Assembly: GCA_031458695.1 (NCBI GenBank)
Contig: JAVKJW010000027.1
Span: 1-28,311 of the forward strand
Source: Candidatus Thermofontivivens primus
GTDB taxonomy: Bacteria; Sysuimicrobiota; Sysuimicrobiia; Sysuimicrobiales; Thermofontiviventaceae
DNA: 28,311 nt
Direction of reading: 5' to 3'
Position 1 is the stretch's first letter. Each line of letters begins with the position of its first letter. Of the stretch, positions 8,607 to 21,750 are shown piece after piece. The translations under genes were made by a program, and so were the position numbers. The notes below the pieces were generated by a model. That model saw only the letters and a program-made list of their open reading frames with translations, was not told where the DNA came from and made no database searches.

Positions 8607-8692
8607 GTGGGAGTGGGCCGCTCTGCAGGGAGGACGCCGGTTATCCTGGACATCGCCAGTTGCAGGAGGACCACCTTCGGGTGGTCACTTTT
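8607..8692 (+). ncRNA. Candidate ~85-nt small RNA or attenuated leader upstream of nusB (family not recognised)
   Basis: Bounded by an extended -10 promoter and an intrinsic terminator. Folds by eye into an imperfect hairpin (8621-8628 with 8660-8668). No start codon follows an RBS inside it. Confidence 0.5.
8669..8692 (+). terminator. Intrinsic terminator
   Basis: GACCACC-TTCG-GGTGGTC (C-UUCG-G tetraloop) followed by ACTTTT. Confidence 0.8.
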
Positions 8693-8759
8693 GTGTGCAG
8701 GGGATTTCTAGCGTACGTCGAGGGAAAGCCTTCCCCTGGGAGGGAAGCGGAGGTTCGCA

Positions 8760-9197
8760 ATGCGGTCCGTGGGGCGGGCGGCGGGAAAGCGGAGGAAGTC
8801 CAGGGAGGCGGCGTTCCAGCTTCTCTTCCAGTGTGACGTGGGGAAAATCCCTCTCAGCGAGGGCCTTGCGGAGCTCCGCAAGCGTCCTTGGGATCCTCAA
8901 GAGTGGGAGTTCGTGGAAACCCTTTGCCGTGGGACATGGGAACGCAGGGAGGAACTAGACCTTCTCATTGGCCGCTATGCCAGCGGCTGGACGGTTCCAC
9001 GCATGGCTGCCGTGGATAGGACCATCCTGCGGATGGCTGCCTATGAACTGTTGCATATGGAGACTCCTGCGAGTGTGGTGATCAACGAGGCGGTGGAGCT
9101 GGCCAAAAAGTTCGGTACGGAAGATTCCGGTCGGTTCGTCAATGGTGTCCTTGGGGCGATCTTCCGGAACGAGGTTGCCTCTACCAAAGTTGAATAA
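8760..9197 (+). CDS. nusB: Transcription antitermination factor NusB
   Basis: KRRKSREAAFQLLFQ, RMAAVDRTILRMA, VVINEAVELAKKFG and FVNGVL motifs. RBS GGAGG at 8749-8753. Confidence 0.97.
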   Translation: MRSVGRAAGKRRKSREAAFQLLFQCDVGKIPLSEGLAELRKRPWDPQEWEFVETLCRGTWERREELDLLIGRYASGWTVPRMAAVDRTILRMAAYELLHMETPASVVINEAVELAKKFGTEDSGRFVNGVLGAIFRNEVASTKVE

Positions 9198-9203
9198 GCT
9201 CGT

Positions 9204-9482
9204 ATGGAGAACGGGCGGATCCACGTATGGATTAAGGGTTTGGTCCAGGGGGTAGGGTTCCGGTTCTTCGCAGAACGTCATGCAGGCCGCCTGGGGCTAA
9301 CGGGGTTCGTCCGGAACCTCCCTGACGGCCAGGTGGAGGTTGTGGCGGAGGGAAAGAAGGAGGATCTTGAGGTTTTCCTGGACCTCCTGCGGAAAGGACC
9401 GCCCGGGGCGATTGTCCGCGATGTGAAAGTGCAGTGGGAGGCGTGGACGGGTGCCTACAGGGAGTTTGAGATCCGGTACTGA
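9204..9482 (+). CDS. acyP: Acylphosphatase
   Basis: GLVQGVGFR and GFVRNLPDG.VE signatures; 92 aa. Confidence 0.97.
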   Translation: MENGRIHVWIKGLVQGVGFRFFAERHAGRLGLTGFVRNLPDGQVEVVAEGKKEDLEVFLDLLRKGPPGAIVRDVKVQWEAWTGAYREFEIRY

Positions 9483-10440
9483 GGGGTCTGAGCTGAGGAC
9501 ATACCTGGAGGAGAGGAGGGCCATTGTCGAGAAGGCGCTTGAGCGTCTCCTTCCTGGCAGGGAGCAGTTTCCCAGTCTCATTCACCGGGCGATCCACCAT
9601 AGCCTCTTCGCAGGAGGGAAGCGCCTCAGGCCGATCCTGGTGATTGCCAGCGCTGAGGCGGTGGGTGGGGAACCGGAGATGGTCTTGCCGACTGCCTGCG
9701 CGGTGGAGCTCATCCACACGTACTCCCTCATTCATGACGATCTTCCCTCCATGGACAACGCCGATACCCGCCGTGGGCTCCCCACCTGCCATCGCGTGTA
9801 TGGAGAGGCGATGGCCGTGCTGGCTGGAGATGCTCTTCACGCCCTTGCCTTCGAGCTCCTCACCCAGAACGCTGTTACAGCTGGGCCCGAGCGAGCGCTT
9901 GCTGTGATCGAGGAGATCGCCCGCGCCATTGGGACTGGCGGAATGGTTGGGGGTCAAGTCCTTGACCTTCTGGGGGAACGCGCGCCGCAGGAGGAAAAAG
10001 CGTCCTTGCTGGCCATCCTAGGGGATGTCCAGGAAGAAGATTCCTCACCGAGATCGCCCCTGGAGCGCCTCGTCTATCGCATCCACAGGATGAAAACAGC
10101 AAGCCTGATGCGTGCGTGCGTGCGGGCCGGTGCCATCCTGGCCGGGGGGAGCGATGGGGAGCTCAAGGCGTTGACCGAGTACGGGGAGTCCCTCGGGCTG
10201 GCCTACCAGATTGTCGACGACATCCTCGATGTGATCGGGGAAGAAGAAGTTCTGGGCAAGCAAGCGGGGAGCGATGCTGCCAGGTCTAAGGTGACGTTCC
10301 CCGCTGTGTTTGGCTTGGACAGGTCCATCGAGCTCGCGCGTGCGTACACCGAGCAGGCGGTCGCAGCCCTCACCCCCCTTGGGGAAAGAGGAAGGGTGCT
10401 GGGAATGATCGCCCGTTACCTCCTGGAGCGTGAACAATGA
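9451..10440 (+). CDS. ispA: Short-chain polyprenyl diphosphate synthase (FPP/GGPP synthase)
   Basis: GGKRLRP, FARM SLIHDDLPSMD...RRG, GQ..D, KT and SARM YQIVDDILD. Start uncertain (GTG 9451 with GGAGG at 9437-9441). Confidence 0.93.
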   Translation: MPTGSLRSGTEGSELRTYLEERRAIVEKALERLLPGREQFPSLIHRAIHHSLFAGGKRLRPILVIASAEAVGGEPEMVLPTACAVELIHTYSLIHDDLPSMDNADTRRGLPTCHRVYGEAMAVLAGDALHALAFELLTQNAVTAGPERALAVIEEIARAIGTGGMVGGQVLDLLGERAPQEEKASLLAILGDVQEEDSSPRSPLERLVYRIHRMKTASLMRACVRAGAILAGGSDGELKALTEYGESLGLAYQIVDDILDVIGEEEVLGKQAGSDAARSKVTFPAVFGLDRSIELARAYTEQAVAALTPLGERGRVLGMIARYLLEREQ

Positions 10441-11288
10441 AGCAGGGGAAAGTCCGTCTCGATGCGCTCCTGGTGGGCCGTGGCCTCTTTCCCACCCGGA
10501 GCCGTGCTCAGGCTGCGATCCTGGCTGGAGCCGTCTTTGTAGATGGGAAGCCTGCCCAAAAGCCCGGCACCCTGGTGTCCCTCGATGCCAGGGTCGAAGT
10601 ACAACCCCACGCTTCCCCATACGTCAGCCGGGGTGGGTTGAAACTCGTCCGTGCGCTACAAGTTTTCGGCATCGATGTGCGGGGGAAAGTGGCTATCGAT
10701 GTGGGGGCTTCAACAGGGGGGTTTACCGACTGCCTGTTACAGTCGGGCGCATCCCGCGTGTATGCGGTGGATGTTGGCTATGGCTTGCTCGATTGGAGGC
10801 TCAGGAACGATCCCCGGGTTGTTGTCCTCGAGCGGACGAACGCCCGGTTCCTCCGGCCCGAGCAGATTGGGGAGCCTGCAGACCTGATCACAGTGGATCT
10901 CTCGTTTATCTCCCTGACGAAGGTTCTCCCAGCCCTTGTTCGCCTCCTCAAACCAGGCGGAGAGATCCTCCCCCTCGTCAAGCCCCAGTTTGAGGTGGGT
11001 CCCGGAAAAGCTCGCAAGGGCGTGGTGAGGGATCCGGGAGCACACCGGGAGGTCCTCATGAATGTATGCATGTGCGCACGTGACCTTGGGTTAGCCATCA
11101 AGGGGATCACCTATTCCCCTCTTCGTGGACCTGAGGGGAACATTGAGTTCTTCCTTTACCTTGTTCTGGGAGCGAGCGAGGGGATCGAGGACCTGCCAGG
11201 AGCCATCTGGAGGGCTGTGGAGGAGGCGCATGCCGCACTTTCCGGAGGCAGCCGGAAGGCTGTGGAGCGTGTGCAGGGGAGGGTGTGA
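10437..11288 (+). CDS. tlyA: TlyA family rRNA 2'-O-methyltransferase (S4 + FtsJ domains)
   Basis: RLDALL, YVSRGGLKL, DVGASTGGFTDCLL, DLSFIS, VKPQFE and GNIEF motifs. Confidence 0.97.
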   Translation: MKQGKVRLDALLVGRGLFPTRSRAQAAILAGAVFVDGKPAQKPGTLVSLDARVEVQPHASPYVSRGGLKLVRALQVFGIDVRGKVAIDVGASTGGFTDCLLQSGASRVYAVDVGYGLLDWRLRNDPRVVVLERTNARFLRPEQIGEPADLITVDLSFISLTKVLPALVRLLKPGGEILPLVKPQFEVGPGKARKGVVRDPGAHREVLMNVCMCARDLGLAIKGITYSPLRGPEGNIEFFLYLVLGASEGIEDLPGAIWRAVEEAHAALSGGSRKAVERVQGRV

Positions 11289-11316
11289 TCCACCCAAAGG
11301 AGGCATCGCGCACCCT

Positions 11317-12180
11317 GTGAGGATCGGTTTGGTCATCAACGAAGAGAAGCTGCGGGAGGAGCCAGAAGCCCTGTCCTTGGTCAAGGAGGCGATCAGGGTC
11401 ATGGAGGAAGCGGCCTCCGTGCTCTTGAACGCCGGGAGCGCAAAGCTCCTGGAGAGACCCGAGATCGGCGTACCCCCCGAGGAGGTCACGAAGAGAGCAG
11501 ATCTCCTGATCGTCCTGGGGGGCGATGGGACGATCTTGCGGGCGAGCCGACAGGCAGGTCCCCGTGGCATCCCTGTCTTAGGGGTGAACGTGGGGGGGTT
11601 CGGATTCCTTGCGGAGGTGGGAATCCGGGAGCTCAAGGAGGTCGTCCCCCGGTTGCTCAAGGGGGATTTTGCCCTGGATGAGCGGATGATGTTAGAAGCG
11701 GTCGTGGAGCGGGGGGAGGAAAGGATCGAGGGGTTCCTGGCCTTGAACGATATGGTTGTGACGAAGAGCGGGTATGCGCGCCTCCTGAGGCTCCGCACCT
11801 ACATCAACGGTGAACACCTGGCCACCTACCCTGCGGATGGTCTGATTGTGAGTACGCCCACGGGATCGACGGCATACTCCCTTTCCGCTGGCGGGCCCAT
11901 TGTCCACCCCAGGGTGGAGGTGATCCTGGTCACGCCCATCTGCCCGCACATGCTCCATGCCCGATCGGTCGTGGTTTCCGGGAACGATACGGTGACGGTG
12001 GAGTTCGGAGGAGGGGTTGAAGAGGCCATGCTGACTGTAGATGGCCAGGAGGGATTCCTGCTCCAGGGAGGCGACCGTGTGCTCATCCGCCGGGCTACAC
12101 CGAGGGCGAAGTTGATCCGGCTACATCCCTTCCGGTTCTACACCCTCCTGCGTCAGAAGCTCTCCTGGGGGGAACGGTAA
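11317..12180 (+). CDS. nadK: NAD(+) kinase
   Basis: LGGDGT, GVNVGGFGFL, ALND and DGLIVSTPTGSTAYSLSAGGP. GTG 11317 follows AAAGGAGG. Confidence 0.96.
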   Translation: MRIGLVINEEKLREEPEALSLVKEAIRVMEEAASVLLNAGSAKLLERPEIGVPPEEVTKRADLLIVLGGDGTILRASRQAGPRGIPVLGVNVGGFGFLAEVGIRELKEVVPRLLKGDFALDERMMLEAVVERGEERIEGFLALNDMVVTKSGYARLLRLRTYINGEHLATYPADGLIVSTPTGSTAYSLSAGGPIVHPRVEVILVTPICPHMLHARSVVVSGNDTVTVEFGGGVEEAMLTVDGQEGFLLQGGDRVLIRRATPRAKLIRLHPFRFYTLLRQKLSWGER

Positions 12181-12184
12181 CGCG

Positions 12185-15615
<3,431 letters not shown>

Positions 15616-15711
15616 GCCCTCTAGAGGTTCCCCCTAGGGGAAAGTTGCAAGACCTTTTCCCTGGGTGTTTGGCTTGGTCATAAAAATAGACATCATGGAA
15701 GGAGGTCCAAG

Positions 15712-16614
15712 ATGGGTCTTGTCGCGTACGTCAATGGGGAGTTCGTCCCAAAGGAAGAGGCGCGGGTCTCTGCGCTGGATCACGGGTTCTTGTATGGAGA
15801 TGGGGTGTTCGAAGGCATCCGGGTTTACAACGGGAGGATCTTCCGGTTAGAGCAGCACGTCGACCGGCTCTACGAGTCCGCGCAGACCATCATGCTGGAG
15901 ATCCCCCTCTCCAAAGAGGAGATGAAACAGGCAATCGTCGAGACCGTCCGGCGCAACGGCCTGCGCGATGCCTACATTCGCCCGATTGTGAGTCGGGGTG
16001 TCGGAGACCTCGGCTTGGACCCACGGAAGTGCGGACGTCCCACCGTTGTGATCATCGTGGATCATATCCAGCTCTACCCCAAGGAGGCTTATGAGAAGGG
16101 GTTGAGGACCATCACCGCCTCTACGCGTAAGATCCCTCCGCATTGCCTGAACCCGCGGGTGAAATCACTGAATTACCTAGGCAATATCATGGCCCGCATC
16201 GAGGCGAACCTCGCTGGGGTGGAAGAGGCGATCATGCTCACCATAGACGGGTACGTCGCGGAGTGCAGCGCCGACAATATCTTCATTGCGAAGGATGGGA
16301 CCGTGATCACCCCTCCTCCGCACCTGGGGATCCTCAAGGGGGTAACTCGTGACGCGGTTCTGGAGCTCTGTGGGAAGCTCGACATCCCCGCATTCGAGCG
16401 CGTCTTCACCCTGCACGATGTGTACACCGCCGACGAATGCTTCCTCACAGGTACAGGAGCCGAGATCGCCCCGGTGGTGGTCGTAGATGGAAGGCGCATC
16501 GGGGATGGCAAACCAGGCCCCATCACCAACCGTCTCCTCGCAGGTTTCCGGGAACTCACCAGCAGGGAGGGAACACCTGTCTTCGAGGAGGAGGTTCCCT
16601 CCAAGGCAGGGTAG
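15712..16614 (+). CDS. ilvE: Branched-chain amino acid aminotransferase (class IV PLP enzyme)
   Basis: YGDGVFEG, KSLNYL (PLP lysine), GILKGVTR and ADECFLTGTGAE. RBS AAGGAGG. Confidence 0.95.
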   Translation: MGLVAYVNGEFVPKEEARVSALDHGFLYGDGVFEGIRVYNGRIFRLEQHVDRLYESAQTIMLEIPLSKEEMKQAIVETVRRNGLRDAYIRPIVSRGVGDLGLDPRKCGRPTVVIIVDHIQLYPKEAYEKGLRTITASTRKIPPHCLNPRVKSLNYLGNIMARIEANLAGVEEAIMLTIDGYVAECSADNIFIAKDGTVITPPPHLGILKGVTRDAVLELCGKLDIPAFERVFTLHDVYTADECFLTGTGAEIAPVVVVDGRRIGDGKPGPITNRLLAGFRELTSREGTPVFEEEVPSKAG

Positions 16615-16710
16615 GAAGCTTCCCGTGGAGGCTTCGTGAGGGAAGCGGAGGGACCTATCCTTACGCGGGATGATGCGGAACTGTGAGCGAGGTCTTGGAG
16701 GGAACTTTGG

Positions 16711-16735
16711 AAGGATACGGCGACGCCGTACCCTT
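16711..16735. repeat. Palindromic hairpin related to the 6736-6762 hairpin
   Basis: AAGGATACGGC-GAC-GCCGTACCCTT shares the core ACGGCGnCGCCGT with GAGGGGCACGGCGCCGCCGTGCCCCTC. Confidence 0.45.
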
Positions 16736-16755
16736 GCGAGAGGATCTGAAGATCG

Positions 16756-17292
16756 ATGAGCGAGCCAGTAGAGCGGACAATCCGTGTGCAGCGGATCTAT
16801 GACGGCCAAGTTGTCGGCCTCCGGGTGGAGGAGGTGGAGCTCCCCAGTGGGCGCCGCACGATCCGGGAGATCGTGGAGCACCGCGGGGCAGTGGGGATTG
16901 TCCCCGTGACCCAACATGGGGATGTCCTTCTCGTCCGGCAATACCGTAAGGCTGTCGACCAGTGGCTTGTGGAGATCCCTGCGGGCACCATTGAGCCAGG
17001 GGAAGAGATAGAGGCCTGCCTAGAAAGGGAGCTGGCAGAAGAGGTCGGCGTCCGCGCAGGGCGGTACAAAAAGCTGGTGACTTTTTTCCCTTCCCCCGGC
17101 TTCCTTACCGAGGTCCTTCACATCTACCTAGCAATGGACCTTACCCCACACGTGGTGGACCGAGAAGAGGAGGAGCTGCAGGTGATCCAAGTCCCTCTCG
17201 CCCAGGCGAAGGAGATGGTCCATAGGGGAGAGATCAAGGACGCCAAGTCCATCATTGGGATCCTGCTTGCGGCGGATCTGGTTGGGGCATGA
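16756..17292 (+). CDS. nudF: NUDIX hydrolase, ADP-ribose pyrophosphatase type
   Basis: Nudix box GTIEPGE...RELAEEVG, plus REIVEH, VRQYR, SPGF and DAKS. Located just before xerD. Confidence 0.92.
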   Translation: MSEPVERTIRVQRIYDGQVVGLRVEEVELPSGRRTIREIVEHRGAVGIVPVTQHGDVLLVRQYRKAVDQWLVEIPAGTIEPGEEIEACLERELAEEVGVRAGRYKKLVTFFPSPGFLTEVLHIYLAMDLTPHVVDREEEELQVIQVPLAQAKEMVHRGEIKDAKSIIGILLAADLVGA

Positions 17293-18221
17293 GGATGGAA
17301 GAACGAAGTCCCCTCATGAACCTCGTGGAGGCATTCCTTGACCATGCGATGGTGGGAGAGGGTTTAGCTCCCAACACCATCGAGGCGTATTTCCAGGATC
17401 TCCGGGACTTTGCGCACTACCTCACCAAGCAGGGGATCCTCCGCCCCGAGGATGTGCGGAGGTCGACGATCACCCTTTATCTCTTCTCCCTGCGCCGCCG
17501 TGGTTTTACCCCTTCGACGGCGCGGAGGAGGCTTTCGGCGATCCGGGCTTTCTACCGCTTTCTCCTCCAGGAGGGGAAGGTGAGCGTGGATCCTACCCTC
17601 GACGTAGGTGGACCCAAGGTGGGGAGGAGGCTCCCGGAGGTTCTTTCCATCGAAGAGGTAGAACGGCTCCTCGCGCAACCCCAAGGTTCCTCCCCTTTTG
17701 CACTGCGGGACCGCGCAATGCTTGAGGTCCTCTATGCAACTGGCTTGCGGGTCTCTGAGCTTGTCTCTCTGAACCTGGGAGATGTGCACCTGGAGATGGA
17801 GTATGTCCGTTGTCATGGGAAGGGAGGAAAAGAAAGGGTCGTCCCCTTGGGCTCTATGGCCGTTCGCGCGCTCCTTGCCTATCTCCGTGATGGGCGCCCC
17901 CTTCTCGCTCGAGGACGGCAGACCCCTGCGCTCTTCCTCAACTGCCGGGGAGGACGCATGACCAGGCAAGGATTCTGGAAGGTCCTCCGGCGGTACGCCC
18001 GGGCAGCCGGCATCAAGGGGACCGTCCGGCCGCACGTCCTGCGGCACTCGTTTGCAACCCACCTCCTTGAGCGGGGGGCGGATCTCCGCGCTGTTCAAGA
18101 GATGCTTGGGCATGCGAGCATCGCGACGACCCAGATTTACACCCATCTTGCCAAAGAGCAGTTGCGGCAGATTTACGACAAGGCGCACCCTCGAGATGGG
18201 ATAGAGGGGGTAGGGGGTTGA
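17289..18221 (+). CDS. xerD: Tyrosine recombinase XerD
   Basis: [28 protein letters not shown] and [14 protein letters not shown]. Conserved nudF-xerD-deoB context. Confidence 0.95.
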   Translation: MRMEERSPLMNLVEAFLDHAMVGEGLAPNTIEAYFQDLRDFAHYLTKQGILRPEDVRRSTITLYLFSLRRRGFTPSTARRRLSAIRAFYRFLLQEGKVSVDPTLDVGGPKVGRRLPEVLSIEEVERLLAQPQGSSPFALRDRAMLEVLYATGLRVSELVSLNLGDVHLEMEYVRCHGKGGKERVVPLGSMAVRALLAYLRDGRPLLARGRQTPALFLNCRGGRMTRQGFWKVLRRYARAAGIKGTVRPHVLRHSFATHLLERGADLRAVQEMLGHASIATTQIYTHLAKEQLRQIYDKAHPRDGIEGVGG

Positions 18222-18228
18222 CCGGCCG

Positions 18229-19413
18229 ATGGGACCATTTTGTCGGGTGATTGTGCTCGTCTTGGACAGTGCGGGGATTGGCGAGCTCCCAGATGCAGCG
18301 AAGTACGGGGATGAGGGGAGCAGCACCATCCCGAACACGGCAGAGGCGGTGGGTGGGTTGCACCTCCCTACCCTCCAACGCCTTGGCTTGGGAAATATCG
18401 TCCCGATCCGAGGCGTTCCAGCGGTCCTCTCCCCCCTCGCCGCGTATGGGAAGATGGCTGAGGTCTCGCCGGGGAAAGATACGACCACCGGCCACTGGGA
18501 GCTCATGGGGGTGATCCTCGACCGCCCGTTCCCCACCTATCCGCATGGCTTTCCTGAGGAGGTCATTCAGGCGTTTGAGGAGGCGATTGGTCGGAAGGTC
18601 TTAGGCAATAAGCCTGCCTCAGGAACGGAGATCATCCGAGAGCTTGGGGAAGAGCATCTCCGCACAGGTTTCCCCATCGTGTACACATCCGCAGACAGCG
18701 TCTTCCAAATCGCTGCCCATGAGGAGGTCATCCCCGTGGAGGAGCTTTACGAGATGTGCCGGATCGCCCGGCGGCTCCTCGTGGGGGAGCATGCCGTAAG
18801 CCGTGTGATTGCTCGTCCATTTGTCGGGAAGCCTCCGAATTTTACCCGAACCGACCGCCGGAGGGATTTCTCCTTAGAACCGCCCTCTCGGACGGTCCTG
18901 GATGTTGCCTCAGAGGCTGGGTTGGAGGTCGTGGGGATCGGCAAGATCGAAGATATCTTCGCCGGACGAGGGATCACACGGGTGCTCCATACCCACGACG
19001 ACATGGATGGACTGGATAAGTTGCGGGAGGTAATGAAGGAGGTCCAGGCAGGACTGATTTTTGCCAACGTCGTAGACCTCGACACCAAGTACGGACACCG
19101 CAACGACGCGCGGGGTTACGCGGAGCAACTGGAACGCATCGACGGTCGCCTCCCCGAGATCCTGGAGGCCGTGGAGGAGGGGGATCTGCTCATCCTCACA
19201 GCCGACCACGGAAATGACCCCACGACGCCAAGTACGGATCATTCCCGGGAATATGTGCCGGTGCTCGCCTACGGCCCGGAAGTGAAGCCAGTTCTTTTGG
19301 GGGTTCGGAAGACATTCGCGGATGTGGGGGCCACAGTGGCGGAAGCCCTTGGCCTTCAGTGGAAGGGACCTGGCCGAAGTTTCCTGAAAACGCTCGTTGA
19401 ACGGGAAAGTTGA
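18229..19413 (+). CDS. deoB: Phosphopentomutase
   Basis: [47 protein letters not shown] and TDHSRE. Confidence 0.97.
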   Translation: MGPFCRVIVLVLDSAGIGELPDAAKYGDEGSSTIPNTAEAVGGLHLPTLQRLGLGNIVPIRGVPAVLSPLAAYGKMAEVSPGKDTTTGHWELMGVILDRPFPTYPHGFPEEVIQAFEEAIGRKVLGNKPASGTEIIRELGEEHLRTGFPIVYTSADSVFQIAAHEEVIPVEELYEMCRIARRLLVGEHAVSRVIARPFVGKPPNFTRTDRRRDFSLEPPSRTVLDVASEAGLEVVGIGKIEDIFAGRGITRVLHTHDDMDGLDKLREVMKEVQAGLIFANVVDLDTKYGHRNDARGYAEQLERIDGRLPEILEAVEEGDLLILTADHGNDPTTPSTDHSREYVPVLAYGPEVKPVLLGVRKTFADVGATVAEALGLQWKGPGRSFLKTLVERES

Positions 19414-19432
19414 ACGGCGTGCGGAGGGAGCG

Positions 19433-20257
19433 ATGGAGCTGCGGAAACAGATCGAGGAAGCCGTCGAATGCATCCAGTCGAAGTCCCGCACAAAGCCTTG
19501 CATCGCTATTATCCTTGGATCAGGGCTTGGAGGCCTGGCGGGGGAGATTGCGCGAGAAGTGACCATTCCCTATGCGGAGATCCCCCATTTTCCTCAGGCG
19601 ACGGTGGAGGGACATGCCGGTAACCTGATCCTGGGCACGTTGGAGGGAAAGCCCGTGGTGGCCATGCAGGGGAGAGCCCACTATTATGAGGGATACTCCC
19701 TGGCCCAGGTCACCTTCCCTGTGCGGGTGATGCGCTCTCTGGGCGCAGAGGTCCTCCTTGTCAGCAACGCTGCCGGTGGCCTCAACCGTCTCTTCCGAGC
19801 TGGAGATCTCATGATCATCGTGGATCATATCAACTTCATGGGGTCCAACCCCCTCATTGGACCCAACGATCCTTCGCTGGGACCACGTTTCCCGGACATG
19901 TCCCAGGCCTACGATCCTGTCCTGATCGACTTGGCGGAGCGCGTGGCGATTCGCCTGGGAATCCCGATCCGGAAGGGCGTGTACGTGGCCGTGCACGGGC
20001 CGAGCTACGAGACCCCGGCGGAGCTCCGGATGCTCGCGCGCTGGGGGGCTGATGCCGTAGGGATGTCTACCGTTCCCGAGGTGATTGTGGCGAGGCACAT
20101 GGGGATGCGCGTTCTGGGGATCACGGCGATCACCGATATGGCGACTGGGGAGCAGGTACAGCCCCTTAGCCACGACGAGGTGATCGCCGTCGCGACGCAG
20201 ATCGAGCCCAAGTTCGTGCGGCTGGTGAAGGAGATCGTCCGGGAGATGGAGGTATGA
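19433..20257 (+). CDS. punA: Purine nucleoside phosphorylase, trimeric (PNP-I) family
   Basis: [29 protein letters not shown] and [13 protein letters not shown] 19433 follows GGAGGGAG. Confidence 0.95.
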   Translation: MELRKQIEEAVECIQSKSRTKPCIAIILGSGLGGLAGEIAREVTIPYAEIPHFPQATVEGHAGNLILGTLEGKPVVAMQGRAHYYEGYSLAQVTFPVRVMRSLGAEVLLVSNAAGGLNRLFRAGDLMIIVDHINFMGSNPLIGPNDPSLGPRFPDMSQAYDPVLIDLAERVAIRLGIPIRKGVYVAVHGPSYETPAELRMLARWGADAVGMSTVPEVIVARHMGMRVLGITAITDMATGEQVQPLSHDEVIAVATQIEPKFVRLVKEIVREMEV

Positions 20258-20307
20258 AACGTATTCCCTTCTTCCTGACTCGAAGCTGAGGCTCCAGAGG
20301 TACGATC

Positions 20308-21612
20308 ATGCGTGCCTATGATCTCATCCGGAAAAAGCGGGATGGAGGGGAGTTGACCTCGGAGGAGATTCGTTTCCTCCTCCAAGGGTTCCTCTCAGGG
20401 GAGATCCCGGACTACCAGATGGCTGCCTTCCTTATGGCTGTCTACTTCCGTGGGATGGGACCCTCGGAGATGGCCGAGTTCACCATGGCGATGGTACATT
20501 CGGGAAGGACGCTCGATCTCAGCGGGATCCAGGGTGTCAAGGTAGACAAGCACAGCACCGGCGGGGTAGGGGACAAGACCTCCCTCGTGCTCATCCCTCT
20601 GGTGGCGAGCACAGGGCTTCCTGTAGCCAAGATCTCCGGGAGGGCGCTCGGGCATACAGGGGGGACCATCGACAAGCTCGAGTCGATCCCTGGGTTCCGG
20701 ACCGAACTGACTCTTGAGGAACTCATCGCCCAGGTCAACCGTGTAGGTTGTGCGATTGTTGCACAGACCGCGGACCTCGTGCCAGCGGACAAGAAGATCT
20801 ACGCGCTGCGGGACGTCACGGCAACCGTGGACAGCATCCCTCTCATTGCGAGCAGCGTCATGAGCAAGAAGATCGCCGCAGGGAGCGATGCTATTGTCCT
20901 GGATGTGAAGACGGGGAGCGGCGCATTCATGAAGACGCTGGAGGAAGCCCGGGCTCTTGCGGAGGCCATGGTGGAGATTGGGCGGCAGGTGGGACGCAGG
21001 ACCGTTGCGGTGATCAGCGATATGGACCAACCCCTCGGGAGGGCCGTGGGAAATGCGCTGGAGGTAGTTGAGGCTATTGCAACGTTGCGGGGGGAAGGCC
21101 CACCTGATCTGGTAGAGCTCTGCCTCACCTTGGGAGGCCATATGGCTCGGCTAGGGGGATTGGTGAGGACGGCCGCCGAAGGAAAGGCGCTGATGGAGCA
21201 GCATCTGCGGACAGGGAAGGCCCTCGAGAAGTTCCAGGAGATGGTCGTCGCGCAGGGGGGTGACCCGGCAGTTATGGAGAATCCAGCTCTGCTTCCCCGT
21301 GCTCCTCTCCAGGAGCCTGTCCCTGCGGCAGAAGGAGGGTATATCCAGGCAATCGACGCGCAAGCCATTGGACTTGCAACAATGGCCCTGGGGGCGGGAA
21401 GAGTGAAGAAGGAGGACCGGATCGACCCTGCCGTCGGGATCGTCCTCCACCACAAGGTGGGCGAGCACGTCCAGAAGGGAGAGCCCCTTGCTGTCGTCCA
21501 CGCTTCTGATCCCGCGCGGGCACGGAGAGCGGTAGAGGCAGTCCAAGGGGCTTACCGGATCGGTCCCTATCCACCGGCTCCGAGGCCACTCATCCATGCT
21601 GTGATCGAGTGA
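20308..21612 (+). CDS. pdp: Pyrimidine-nucleoside phosphorylase / thymidine phosphorylase
   Basis: [41 protein letters not shown] and SVMSKK. Confidence 0.96.
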   Translation: MRAYDLIRKKRDGGELTSEEIRFLLQGFLSGEIPDYQMAAFLMAVYFRGMGPSEMAEFTMAMVHSGRTLDLSGIQGVKVDKHSTGGVGDKTSLVLIPLVASTGLPVAKISGRALGHTGGTIDKLESIPGFRTELTLEELIAQVNRVGCAIVAQTADLVPADKKIYALRDVTATVDSIPLIASSVMSKKIAAGSDAIVLDVKTGSGAFMKTLEEARALAEAMVEIGRQVGRRTVAVISDMDQPLGRAVGNALEVVEAIATLRGEGPPDLVELCLTLGGHMARLGGLVRTAAEGKALMEQHLRTGKALEKFQEMVVAQGGDPAVMENPALLPRAPLQEPVPAAEGGYIQAIDAQAIGLATMALGAGRVKKEDRIDPAVGIVLHHKVGEHVQKGEPLAVVHASDPARARRAVEAVQGAYRIGPYPPAPRPLIHAVIE

Positions 21613-21750
21613 GTGCCCACTGGTTTGAATAGGACGCACTAGGAAGTAGCTGTAGCGAACCTTTGATAAGATCTTACTGGAGACCTTGCCAGAGGGTTCT
21701 CCGACAAACCGGAACAGAGTTTTGCTGTGCACTGAACCAGTTGCCCGAGG

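Noticed and set aside
8607..8692. SRP RNA, 6S RNA, tRNA or fluoride riboswitch
   Set aside because: No SRP GGAA/AGCAG motif, too short for 6S, no cloverleaf or TTC loop, and the minus-strand GGCGATG lacks the rest of the fluoride consensus.
10437..11288. TlyA as a haemolysin or virulence factor
   Set aside because: The sequence and the tlyA-nadK-recN context support the housekeeping rRNA methyltransferase role. Nothing here indicates a toxin function.
17289..18221. Tyrosine recombinase as the integrase of a mobile element or an invertase
   Set aside because: It has XerD-type motifs in the conserved nudF-xerD-deoB context. No att sites, tRNA target, dif site or cargo were seen.
19396..19417. 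Direct repeat GTTGAACGG x2 at the deoB stop
   Set aside because: A single 9-bp duplication with no element between the copies; not enough to call a target-site duplication.
21613..21750. c-di-GMP-I riboswitch (GGACGCA and CCAGTTGCC fragments)
   Set aside because: The 5' GGCAAA/P1 partner and the GNRA tetraloop/receptor arrangement are missing. Kept only as an unclassified structured spacer.
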